A stretch of DNA of 55,468 nucleotides, counting the filler, from Platydemus manokwari (lineage: Eukaryota): assembly GCA_037951405.1 (NCBI GenBank). It is 5 parts of 5 records of this genome, joined end to end, with 100 filler letters (N's around TTAATTAATTAA, not from the genome) between each part and the next. Parts side by side here need not be neighbours in the genome. Positions count along the whole stretch, not along the records: positions 1 to 14,131 come from JBBMOY011521411.1; 4 more parts are not named here. The stretch is one strand, 5' to 3'. The notes under the pieces are model-generated. The model worked only from the letters and a program-made list of their open reading frames with translations. It was not told the DNA's origin and did not search any database. Shown here piece by piece: positions 1 to 13,173 of the stretch. A program made the translations under genes and the position numbers. How positions within the stretch are numbered: the stretch's first letter is position 1; every line of letters begins with the position of its first letter.

Positions 1-129
1 TACTACTGCTACTATATTTATGATTATGATTATGATTATGATTATTATTATAGTAATTCATTTATTACAAATTATAATAGTGGAATTATATTTCAAAATA
101 AATATTTTATAAAAATCATATTTATGTAC

Positions 130-3100
130 CTTCAATTAGAGATGAACCAGGCTCGAGAGGAAAACGGAATTCAACTGGATACATTCCATATGTATAATCC
201 GAAGTTTCCTTTTTAAACGACGAAAATTGAGCTTTCGTCTTCTCTAATTCAATCTAGTGAAATTACAAATTTCATTAAGCATCAAACAAGAAAATCAATA
301 ATAGAACTCACCACTTCTTCTGGTAGATTGTTTGGATCGATTGCCTGAAATAAGTAAGAGAATTGTTAATTAATTATCCAATCAAAATGATTCTATTTTA
401 AATACTAGACAAGCAACCAAAGGTTACTTTATAATCAATCGTTTCAAAATCTTAAATGAATCAATGTATAAATAAACCTTTGATTTGAATTGTCCATTTG
501 GAATATTAACACCTCCAAATTTAATGTCAACCAAATAGTCAACAAGATCTGTCGGTGTGTAATAGATACTTTGAGTTCCATTTCCATTGTTTTCAATGTC
601 AACTGGTAATGACAAATTAGATTTTACTTCACCATTCTCTGTTAACGGTAAAACTCGACAAGTGACTTTACCATCTCCAGCTTCAGATGTATTTACAGTG
701 ATCATCATTTCAGTGTCCACCAATACGTATTCTTTAACACCATCTGAAATATTTATGAATAAAGAATATGAGCTTATAAAATTAGAAGTTTATCGAGATG
801 AATGATAAAATTAAAATTCATTCATTCACATTTAATAAAGGAATTAATAAATCAATCAATAAAATCACCTTCAAAAAAGCATTTGCTTGCATCTCCAACA
901 CTAGCAACATTGACTGTGAATGGACTATTTTTAACAGGAACATCATCAAATGACACTGTAATGCAATGTTTGCCAGAATCAACAGGAACATATTGACAAC
1001 AATATATTCCTTTGCCTTCGTCGATAATATCAAATGGTAATAACAAATCATCAGGATTCTGGAATTATTTTATTATTTTATGACAGATCTGTGAACATAT
1101 TAATTTACCGAGAGAGATAATTGAATGTCACCATGACCAGCCTCCGATACATCGATGTGAAATTGTACAGGTACTGAAGGAGCCAAAAATCCTCCAGTTG
1201 GATCAATACCTTCACCAACGACTTTGACTTTGTTTATTTCCGATCTTGGTAAGATATTTACATGGAACGGAGCTCCTGGAATTGAAGTGTTTCCGTGTTT
1301 CATTTCAATCGAATGAGGACCGACTTGAGTTGGAGTGAAGATAACATCATAAATTCCAGGCATTGCATTTTCACGAGCTTTGACTTCGACTGGGAATTCG
1401 TTTCCTTGATCATCTTTACAGGATGCCTATAATATCAGTTTTATTAAATTAGTCATTATATATAATAATAAAATAACGATAAGTGTTCCTTTAATAATAA
1501 CAACATAGATTAAAATATAAAATCCAAACCGTAAATGGGGCTTCTCCAGCTCTTGAAGCGTCAACAGCAAATGTCAAGGGCTCGTTAATACGATTAATAC
1601 TGTCTGGTTTAATTGATTCTCCGTAGCATTTGATGTTGCTAGTATTGATCGGATCCCGAATGGCCAATTTAAATGGACTATCTGTAAACAAAAAAATATT
1701 CTCAATGGATATCTAAAATTCTTTTGAAATCTATAACATAATTCAACAGAAAACAAACGAAAACAATAGTAGTAACGTATTGTTTAGTTACCAATTTTTA
1801 ATTGAGAAATACTCTGGCAATTGGCACAGAAACCAATAACTTGTGAGTCACCAATATTAAGATGTTCATGACTATCATTGACCCCAGGGTATAAACTACT
1901 TCTATGCCGATCATACAATACAATTCTATTTAGATCACATAACGATTGGGTATTACTTTTCGACATAAAATTAGTTGATGATGTTAGTAATTTATTTGAA
2001 TTTCCATATCCATTGTAACTCGGCATTGCAGAAAATCCACGTGAATGTCGTATTTTCTTATTCCACTGCTTATCGGTTTTGCTTAAATTTTCGCTCTTAG
2101 ATAAAAATTGGTCACACGTAAAGGAATTCGATATTAACGGTTTGAATCCATCACTACAACACGAATGAGCAGTGACGGCACTTCGTTGTTTAAAAGATTT
2201 GCTACTGGTGAATATATTTTCAAGACGATTAATGTTCGATCGTTTGAGTTCATTTATACACGGATCTGTATTCACTGATGTGATATCTGTGATTGATAAT
2301 TTATCCGATCTTGACAACAAATTCATTTCATTCCGTTTCGCTACACCATTAAATGAACTTTTGATTTGTTTAGGAAACTTGTTCGGTAAAATCGAACGCC
2401 TATTATCCATCCCACTACTATCAGTCGATATTGAAAATGATAACAGATTTGACATGACACTATCTTCATACACTGACGAAGCTCGAACAGAAATACATTT
2501 ATTTGGTTGAGTTTTACCACAATTGAAATTAGTGTGAAAACCACCTCCTCCTGATTGGACAGATTTTATCCGATTCATACATCGGAATCGAGACCTATCA
2601 GGTGTTTCATTAATAGAAGAAACTGATTCGTAACCGAGTTCTTGGCGTAGAGATTCCGAATTTCGATTGATTAATTCATCGACAAATGACGTTTGCTTCA
2701 ACAATTCTTGAAGAGATACACGTTTGGACTTATCGGGAAAATAATTTTGCAAATTGGAAGTCGAAGAACATTGAAACACATTACTTTGTCGCAAAATGTT
2801 TTTCATATTGAAATCAGAATTATCATTTTCATAAATATTATTTGCTTGCTTCTTAGTATAATTCAATGGTGGTAAAGGCGATGATAAAGTCGGTGTTAAT
2901 GGCGGTGGTGGTAAGGGTGGTGGTGGAGGAATTGGAAATTCATCTGTTATATCCTGAATATAATTCAATGAATCGGCTTTCGACCAGGAAAAGTGGACAT
3001 CTTCCGGTGATTGGAAATCGATTTTCTCATCAGTGTTCAATATGCGATTGCTTTGAGAAATACGAGGCAATGAATTAGACTTCAAATAATTTCGTATTAA

Positions 3101-6100
3101 CATGGAAGATTCATTCGATGAGAAATTCGTTGTGAATAATCGATCTGGATTCTGAAAGCACGGACGGATGGATTTGAGAGCTACTTGTTTAGAATATTCA
3201 TCACAAAGTAGTGTAAAACAAACGTAAAATGGCAGCTTGTTACGAATGTGAATGGAATTTTTATAATTTAGAGAATATGCTACATGGGATGTGATCTGAA
3301 TACAAGATTGACCAACATCGTATATTTCACCAAGTTGGTCTTGTTTTATTATATCAATAGAATGATAAATCTTCTTATCAATATTGGTGGATATTTTTTT
3401 GGGTTTATTTGATAAATTATTTTGATTTGTAGTAAATGTATGAGGTTGAAATTCATTATAATTATTCAACATCTTGCATATAAAACGTTCATCGACTTTC
3501 ATTTCTGAGTTTAAAGAATTAAAATCATCGAATTGTTTTATCTTTCCATCCGATAAACTTTTTGAACTTAATGAATTCGATTTTCCACTAAGCAGTTGTT
3601 GATCGATTTCTTCATTGGTTTCAATATTGGGTAAAAACAAGTTGCAATCATCAACAGCCACTTCTTCGTCGTCAAATATTTGATCTACATATGACTGAAT
3701 GACCTCATTATTCAACATTTCGATTCGTGGGCTATTAATACAATTCAATCTGTCCACTACTGAATCGCAATGCTGCCAGAATCGTTTAATGCAATGGTAA
3801 TCGATTTCTTTCAATTCGAAAATTCGTGAATCTTCTATCTTCATTAATGACTGTGGTTCGATGAATCTGAAACAATTTTTGTTTTTGCTGAATGATTTCT
3901 TGGCTATTTTGTTTGAATGAGTGGGTTTGATCAAAGAAATTGTTGATACTGATGTTAATGTATTGACATTGACATTATTATTATAATTTGCATTTGAACA
4001 CTGTTTAATATCATCAAAAGGAAAACTTGGCATCTTAAATGATTCATCTGAACCAAAATTATTCATCAAATTCTCATGAGAAAATTCTGAAGTATCAATC
4101 GATATGTCTGATGGAGGATCTGGTAGTAAACCTTCTTTATCAATAATTGTTTTATTATATTTGCTCATAGGATGTTTAACTATCTGTCGAACAATAGTAG
4201 GCAAAGGTGGTTTAGCAGCATCGGGTCGTTCTGGACTCAGATTTGGAGACTTGCAAGGCATTGGTATCGAAAATGTGATAATATCCGTGGATCTTGGTTT
4301 CTTTTTCAAATTATCAGATGATAATGATCGTCGACAAGGAATATGTTTCAATTGAGAATCACCATTTGGTGTACTAGGTGCACTACGTCTTACGAAAGAC
4401 ATTGGTGAATGTAATGCCTTGCTTGGAAATAGTTCCATATCTTCGTCACCACTTGCCATTCTGCCAATTTCATCTCTCAATGATGACCGGCTAGTAGCTT
4501 GAGAGGTACGATAACTATTCACCAAAGTGTTTTCAGAATAGCCATCCTCACTACTATCTTCAAATAATGGTGGTAATCTTGGACAACTTTGTAATTCAGG
4601 AATAAACTTTGTCAGGGATTTTTGTCCCGTATTAACATTCTCTGATTCAATAGGAAGTGAAAAATCATCACATTTCCTTTTCGCAAGACAATCTTGATCT
4701 TTATTTTGTCTGGATTTAATGAGATAAGTTTGATGCATATATTCCTCTGCATCTAATAAACTACCAGCAGATGCATCGAGAAACAAATCTGAAAAATCTG
4801 TTGATATCGATAAACTGTCATTAATGTCTTTAAATTTCCATTCATCATCTGACGGATTTTCTTGATCTTCTGAGAGTTCACTCAGTGATTTTGTTAAATT
4901 ATTCTTCATTGTAGCTGTATTAATAGTACCAAGATCATTAATTCCAGAAGACGTAGAAAATTTTTGAACCGTAGTACGATAATTACTCGCTGGCTTCGTG
5001 AAATTTTGGAATGTAGATTTGGAGTTAATCTTTGATTTACTGCTTTGATTGAAACTGATGGAGTTACTTCCACTATTCGATAATGAATGTTGGTCGGAAA
5101 TGGTCGATACAAAAGACAGATTATCTATATATGCTGGAGTTTTTTTCATCGAACTTAATGATTCGTCGCAATTTGATTGAATCTTCGAATGGAAATTAGG
5201 TGACAGATCAAAATACGAATCAACATTAGGAGGTTGAGGAAACGTTAATTTTTCATTAAAACCTGAACTGTTGTTAAACGATTGAAGAATACTATCAGCA
5301 TCTGTGCGCTCATCATCCATGGTGGCATTTAAAGATAACAATTCTTCATATGTAGATTCTTGATGCAAAACGTGCTTTGGAAAGCCTGATAAAGTATTTT
5401 GTCAATTTTATCAATGTGACACAAACACATGGAAAGTTCTATAAAATATCAAAGAATTGTTTCGAGTTCATCAAATTTGGGAACTAACCAGAGTTTCCCC
5501 AAGAGAAATTTTGTTCTAAAGAAAGAGTTCTATTTTGTAATTTGGAAAAACAACTTGAAATCATAAAGAATATTCAGAGCGAGAAAGTTGCTGCTATACC
5601 GGTGATTAATCAATTCTCATGACTATGAATTCAAAGGTACCTATTGATGATGAAACACGCTTGGAAAAAACTCAATCTCTGATATGGGTGTGCAGATTTT
5701 ATCAAAATTTCTAACAGCTATGATTCAACTATTATAACAACAAAATCCAATCTTTTTTATGTCAATGATGGATGAGACATAATAGATATCATAAATGTTC
5801 AGTATGATATTCAGCTTAGTAATAAAACTATTCATCATCCGTCTGAGTAGACACGATATCCCATTTTAAAGACAAAAGTGAATGATAAATATATTAAATA
5901 TTTATGATTCCAAACAGATAAACATGAATGATTCATCTCAAAATTATACGATTTGACCGGATTCTCAGAATCAAATTTGTCGACAAAGTTCTAATTTCAT
6001 TAGTATCATACACAGATACACAGTTGACTGTAAATACTTGAAAATCAAATCAATAAATGTTGAGTTCATTCGTATTTAAGTTATGTTTCACATATAAATC

Positions 6101-9100
6101 CATACAGGTTAAATTCTAAGGTGAATTGTCTATCGAAAATGTCACGAATATGTATATCTAACACGATCCATCATTGACAAATCGTAAATATTCATTATAT
6201 TCAGAATTCATTAATTTAAAAATACTTTAACAAAAGAAAGATTAATAAAATGCGGTATTGAAAAAGAATGTAAAAATTGAATACCAACTAGCCCCGGTAA
6301 AAAAAACCTAACAGCCACTGTGAGACAACTGAACCAATTAATAGAAATAAATATTATATAATCATATTCTAATCAGAAATTTCAACAAATAAATCACCTT
6401 TAACATCTACATCATTAAACTTGATGTATATATCATAGGTTCCTGGTATCGTTGCCGAGTATTCAACAGTGCATGTACCATCCAAATTATCCACACAATT
6501 GATTTTAGCATCAGACGGTCCTTCAATTGCCAAACCCAAATTTCCTTGACCAGCTCCATCAAGATCGATTGTGAAATAGTTTTGTTGGTTAGTATAACCA
6601 CCTTTGAGACCATCTCCATACACCAATACTCGGCTTGGATCACAGCCAGGCACAACTTCGATTTTAAAAGGACTGTTCTTTATTGGTAGATCTTCATAAG
6701 TTACTTCCAAACTATAAATTCCTGAGAAAATTACGTATGACGTCATCATCAATGTTCTGTTCAATTATTTACCAGCATCATAAGGCGAGTAGCTGCACGA
6801 ATAGGTACCATCATCATTGCTTTTTACCATACTCGCTGAATTGAATCCACTGGGATCTGTAAACACAGCTTTCACTGCTCCTTTACTTTTAGCATCAATC
6901 GCTCTGGCATTGACAGTAAATCTTATGAAAGACTCTTGGAAAATTTCTGTAAAAATCAAATAATTTTGTTCGATTTCTTAAAACCGAATTTACTGGATTC
7001 CAAATGCTCAATGAAAACCTTTGAAACATCAATGTCAGGTTTAATCGTGATTTGGAATGGACTTCCAGGAATATTGACACCATCATATGTAACAGAACAA
7101 TTATATACTGGTCCAGCAGTGTTTGGTTGATATTCAACATCAAATATATCGGCATCGGAATCATTAACAATCTTCAATGGTAACATATTGCCGATTTCAT
7201 CTGTCAATTCTACGGCAAGCACACCTTGTCCGGCATGTGTTGTATCAATACTGAAGTGAGCTGGTGAGAATCGTGTAGCAGACACAATGCCTTGACCAAT
7301 CATTCTGACATTACTCGGTACTGATGGTTTGGAAACTTTCACCTAATCAATGAAGATTTTTATAAACTTATATCGATAATTAAACATTTTCTCAAAATTC
7401 TTAAAAGTATCAAATAAAGTCTGTTTCCAGTCAAATTTTAAGCAAAAACAGTATAAAGTCAGTAGGCTTTCTTCAAATAAAATTATTTCAATTTTTGATA
7501 GAAAATTTGTTATATTTTACACTACTTATAATAGTCAATAGTATTTATTTAAATCGATATTTATACATACTTTGAATGGACTTTTTGGAACCGATTGATC
7601 ATCACAATTGACGAAGATTTTATGATTACCAGCAACGAACGGTTGATAGGTACAAGAATATTTTTTATTACCAATTGGTGTAATAGTGATTGGTACGAGT
7701 TCACCATTGCTAAGATAACAATGTGCTTCAGGTTTGATATCCGATTTATATTCACTACAATCGATTGTAAATTCATTTGGTTCATCGAGCTTGCCACTAT
7801 CCTTCATAATACCTGGTCCAGAGACTTTTATCTGCAATAAACAATGGGGTAACATAAAAAAAATCGAAAAAATTGTTGTATTTCTCACTTTTGATACGTC
7901 GGTCTTTCCAGATGATGGTAAGATATTCGCCATAAATGGTGAATTTGGAATGTCTTCACCGTCACACAAAACATGTATAGCATATTCACCAGCAACGGTT
8001 GGCCAGTAGCAAATGGTTGCACTACCATCTTGATTGTCCACACATTCAATTTTGGCTTGGCTTGGACCCTCAATTGAAAAACCTAAAACCATATTTAAAT
8101 CAAAATTCAAAATGAGATCACAAGCACTCACCTAAACTTCCCAATTCACCATTGGTATCTGTCACAAATATAGCTGGTTTTTCTGCAACACCAGTTTCTA
8201 ATCCACTTCCATACGCGACGATGTGTGATTCTTTGCTAGGCATTACGTTAATCTAAATTATATTTGTTTAACATTTATTGGCTTATTATTTGCTGATATT
8301 TCATACTTTGAATGGAGATCGGACTACCGGTACATTATCATAGTCAATTTTCAATTCATAAATTCCTGGCTTTGTAGGGATATATAGACATTCAAAATGA
8401 TTTGGATTCACTTCAACAAGTTTTATCGATTCTTCAGATTTACCGGGTGTTGTCAATCTGGCAGTCAGTACACCTGTTCCGGCATTTTCAGTATTGATTT
8501 TAATATCAGCTTTATCTCCGACCCTTAGACCATTACTCTGTACTCCACGTCCTGTTACCACAACAAGTTTAGCATTGCTCCCTATTTTTTTTGGAAAATA
8601 ACAGTTAATAAATTATAAAATAATTATTTCGATGAAATAAAGTTCAAATATTATTTCAAATGAACCGTAAAAGATCAGTTAAACTAACATTGTATTGGTA
8701 ATGTTAAAGATCAAAGTTTAATGCAAAATAATAAGTCGCATCATTCAGACAACAAAATAATCTATAGTTAGGCTAACAATTAACTTACGCACTACACTGC
8801 AATTCCGATAATAATAAATAATAATAATGATAAATATTATATAATTGTATTATTAAAAATATATTAAAGCGTTATCTTAAATTGAAAATATCGTTACTAG
8901 TCCAATCGTATCTCATCTCAAACTTCAACCAATCATTTTCAAACAAGTTTTTTAGACAACTTTCCCATCAATAACATAACAAAATCAATCAATCCTTTTG
9001 TTTACTGACGAATACCATCAAAATGATTCTTAGATATTTTTAGTGAATATCACAACCAATCCATTGAAAAATCAATGAGAAAATCACACAATTACCTGTC

Positions 9101-12100
9101 AACTTAGGAATAACGAATATGTATTTATATATATTAGCAATTGAAATATGAGACAGATAATTATCTTGTACTTGGTTTATAGATTTTTTTATATTTCTAC
9201 TGTCGCGTTTGATTGTGCGTAAAAATTGTTTTACAACTCATCATTCAATAATATTTGCCAAGTGATTATTCTCTTTTATTATGCTATTATTATTGTTAAT
9301 TTTTTTTATTAGATCAACTAAACAAAAAAACCAAATCAGCATATTTATCTATTGTTGATATCATTTATCATTTCTGGATCACTGGAAAGATCATTGAGAA
9401 TGAGCAGAATTTATAAATGTAAAAATGATAAACTATAAAATAGATGAAATTTTTTTCATACTGCGGTTTATGGTGATATTTATAATATATTCTAAATATA
9501 ATTTACTTGGTGAAACAAGTACACCGAAAGGTGAATTCGTTACTTGACGATTCGAGAAGAAGACATTTATTGAATGAACACCAGTTTCTTGAGCAGTATA
9601 TTCCACTGAATATAGGACCGGGGATATTTGAGTGATTTTTGGTATTACTTTGTTTTGATCACCGGTTGGATTAAGAATTACACAAGTAATTTCACCAGAA
9701 CCAGCATCTGTAATTGAAACAATTTCCATTAATCTCGACAACACATTTTATATCACTATCACCTTCGGTTGATATCGTAAAATTTGAGACAACAGATATC
9801 ATAACACCAGTTTTTTCAACACCGGGTCCAAACACTTTCACTTTGGTCGGATCACCAGATAATTTATCGATTGTTACAGTAAATGGTGAACGAGGAACAT
9901 CTTTATCAGCATATTTCACAGTGATTGTGTAGGTTCCTTTGGTTGGTGGAACATAAGTGCATTTGAAACAGTTAGTCTTGTCTGATAATTCTTGTATTTT
10001 AACCTAGGAGAAAATGAGTTCTTAAATTCAATGATCTTATTTAATGAATGAAACGAATAAATATATTTTAGCATTGTTTAGAAATAGATTGATACTTCAT
10101 CTAAATTTAAGCTCTTAATCCATTTGGATACATCTTTGCAGAAAATAATACACCATCTTGAAAATTGAAAATAAATTGTATATGGCTTGTTATATTGATA
10201 TATGCATTCAAAAATGTTAATAAAATATCCAAAGTAAACCATATTTCTTCACACACAAACAGATTGTGCACAATGAATTTGTCACTAATAAATAAGCTTC
10301 ACATAAACCTTATTAGATCAATGTTGATATTGCTGAAAATCATGCTATAACAAGTTATCGAGTATAGTAGGGCCTAGTGTTGAAATTAGAGCTCAGAAAA
10401 TTTAACAATTTTTCAGTATCTTCAATAATTCAATCACGAAATTTAAATTCATCTTTAAAGTTCCAAAGAATTGCATACAAATTTCTCATCGTAATAAATG
10501 AAATTATAGGATAAATTTCACGTGAACAATCGATCGAAAATTATTTAAATTATTACAGAGAACATTGGACCCTAATCAGTCGTTAGAATTTAGTGATAAT
10601 AATCGGACTTTGAAAAATAATAAACAAAATGCTTGATTATTAAAACATTCAAACAATTTCAACGTCGACATATTTGAGCAAAGCGAGCCAACAATTTTGA
10701 CTGATACCAAAAAAATGAAATGACTCGATATTTATCGACGTTTGTGTGTGCTTGTGTCCGTATGAAATAGTCATTGCATGATGTAGCAATTCTCAATGGC
10801 AATATGCAAACTGAGATTAATAATTCACACACAAACTTGTGAATAAGCACACTGAACTAAATCATTTGTTATATTCTGTGATCAATTTCCGTCATGACTC
10901 ATTCTATTTATACTTGAATAATGCCAATACATATTTCAAGGTTTATGACAAATAGATTGATTATGATTTTTAAGACCTACTTCAATTTGTTTACCATTGC
11001 CATCAACAATATTGATATCCAAAGTTCCTTTACCAGCACTGACGGTGTCTACTGTAAATTCAGCCGGTTCACCGACAATTAAGTCCTTCGATTCAACTCC
11101 TGTTAAATAAATTTATAAAGGAATTAATAAAAAGAAGAATTAAATTTAAAATAATCAAGTCTTATTATAATGTCATTTAAAATGACAATAACATACACAA
11201 AACAGCACACATTGAAATGGAGTCAACAGAAACGTATTGGAGTATAAAGATAAACAATATCAGATTAAGTATGCGTCAGACAAAGATTTGGAAAACTAAT
11301 ATTATTATATGTGAAAAATAAATCAAGCCTACGAAAAACGTAATTACTTAAATACAGTTTCAAATTTCTAGACTAATACAAACTTCTAGAAATATTCATG
11401 AAGTCTACTAAACATATTTTCTTCGATAAATAATTTCTATGGTTAAATCAGTTGAATTTTAAAAACTATTTTCAAATATATTATTATACATAAATGGTCC
11501 AAACATGTTTGCAGCTTTAGTTTCATCTTATTTGTTGTTTTGAATCGGTTTAGATGATATGAAGCAAATATACACACACACACTTTATAAATCAATTTTT
11601 GATTTGTTTTGTTTAAATATTTCAAAGTATCAAATAATAATCAAATGAAAAATAGGAATATATGACACAAATTTCCCATCAAAAATTAAATATAATTTCC
11701 GGAAGATATGTAATCAAAATGATTTAATCGATTATTATACAATCATATTTGATAATTTTAATAAAATATTACATAATTTAAATGATTTTTCTTGGAAAAT
11801 ATTTTCGATTTAGATTCTTATCAATTTCTACAATTTTCATCAAAGTTTTTCAAATAAAAATATTAGAATTATTATTTTATCGAAATCATTAAAATTATTA
11901 TGATACGAAATGAATATAAATGATAGCAAATGTAAAGCAAACTTACCGGAACCATAAACTCGGACTTTATTTGAATTGAGTTTTGGTCTGAGAACTGCAC
12001 CGGGTTTCAATTTGGCATTTGGAAATTGACTTAAATAAGTCATCATTGCCTTTTCATCAACATTTGGATCGATCATTTCTTCCGGTTTAATAAGTTGTGG

Positions 12101-13173
12101 CACATTCAACCACTGTTCAGCAGTATCCATTGCATCTTTAGTATTTGTCATTGCATCAACAGGTTTCCAATCTTGCCAATCTGGACACAAACCAGGAGCG
12201 CACGAGTCCACTAAGGCACCAATGGCTGTACCATCATTCCAGTCGGTAGTGAGATTGGTCACTACTTTATCACCCATTTTCCCTTGGATCCATGTCATCA
12301 TTTTTTGTTTGGGAGTTTGTTTGGTTTCCTAATATATTTAAGTAATTGCTTCCTCACATTTATAATATAAAAATATTCATTGCTGTGACAATTCAATTTC
12401 ACAAAAAGTGCATTGAAATTTAATTTGAAACTTACTTCTGATAAAATTCTCTAATATAAAATAAATTCATTAATAATATTGAATTAATAATATTAATAAT
12501 ATTGAATTATTATTTTCATTATTAATCATTATAAATATAATTTATGGGATTTCAAGGCATAAGTGTTAAAAAAATACCTTATTTTCCTGAAATATGAAGA
12601 AAACAAATATTAAAATTGATACTTAAAATACTACAAAATCATTAATTACCGTATTAATGGCTTCACCCTCCCATATCGATGTCGAAATGGAATAATGTAA
12701 AATTAGTGCCCATACAAGACCCAAAATCAGTTTTAATCGACAATCCACAATATCAGAACTATCTGAAATGACAATTTTAAAATTAAAATGACTTTCAATA
12801 AAAAACGTTAACCAATATTGATAAGTTTTAATCCTTCTTTATCTTCCAAATATCGCAAAACCATTGTCACATTTTCCAATTTTTGAGTTCTGAAGACGGT
12901 CTTTTTATTCGTATAAGTAAATTTATGTTCCGATAAAACTGCAATTAAAGCCATTAGCTTTAAACCATCCGAAAAATCATTTTGCAAATCATTGATAGAT
13001 TGATTTGCTTTCTTTAAGTGTACATTAACCCATCTTGTAAATGTATTTTTTTGGATAATTTTCCACTGAGCATCATCAGCTAATTCTCTTTCAGTTGAAG
13101 GCATGCTTTCGTCACTATCACAAATGATAATAGTATTGTCATCGCTCTTTGATATATAATAATTATTCTGCAT
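130..13173 (-). CDS. FLN: Filamin (CH1-CH2 actin-binding domain plus at least 11 Ig/filamin repeats); multi-exon, 3' part lies beyond the left edge of the window
   Basis: N-terminus [27 protein letters not shown] and CH2 motif [25 protein letters not shown] match filamins. Repeats show V.VYG.G...F.IDT..AG.G...DN.DGT..V.Y.P...G.Y.I.V.Y.....SPF.V. Phase-consistent GT-AG exons: 13173-12813, 12762-12650, 12328-11947, 11099-10981, 10003-9763, 9707-9507, 8581-8307, 8252-8132, 8082-7889, 7831-7571, 7342-6994, 6946-6773, 6721-6398, (5385-1792), 1681-1530, 1426-1109, 1058-869, 743-478, 344-312, 253-130. Confidence 0.96.
1792..5385 (-). CDS. Giant phase-1/phase-1 cassette exon of filamin (3594 nt, 1198 codons, low-complexity)
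   Basis: Stop-free ORF on the filamin strand. Acceptor ctttatcag at 5386 and donor G|gtaact at 1791. Length is a multiple of 3 and both flanking filamin exons (ending 6398, starting 1681) are phase 1. Confidence 0.8.
12436..12450 (-). CDS. Candidate 15-nt filamin microexon (RILSE)
   Basis: ttttatattag|AGAATTTTATCAGAA|gtaagt; consensus donor, phase 0, no stop. Confidence 0.55.
12578..12586 (-). CDS. Candidate 9-nt filamin microexon (ENK)
   Basis: tatttcag|GAAAATAAG|gtattt within a phase-0 intron in the CH1-CH2 linker. Confidence 0.6.

Noticed and set aside
2172-4355. Plus-strand ORFs opposite the giant exon
   Set aside because: Antisense shadows of a coding strand, with no recognisable motifs.
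5400-6390. Less AT-rich intronic sequence upstream of the giant exon as another exon
   Set aside because: Stops in all minus-strand frames I examined; no clean splice pair found.
7832-7888. Hydrophobic stretch ([14 protein letters not shown]) inside a filamin ORF, resembling a transmembrane segment
   Set aside because: It is a 57-nt GT-AG intron that happens to be stop-free and in frame; removing it restores the repeat consensus.
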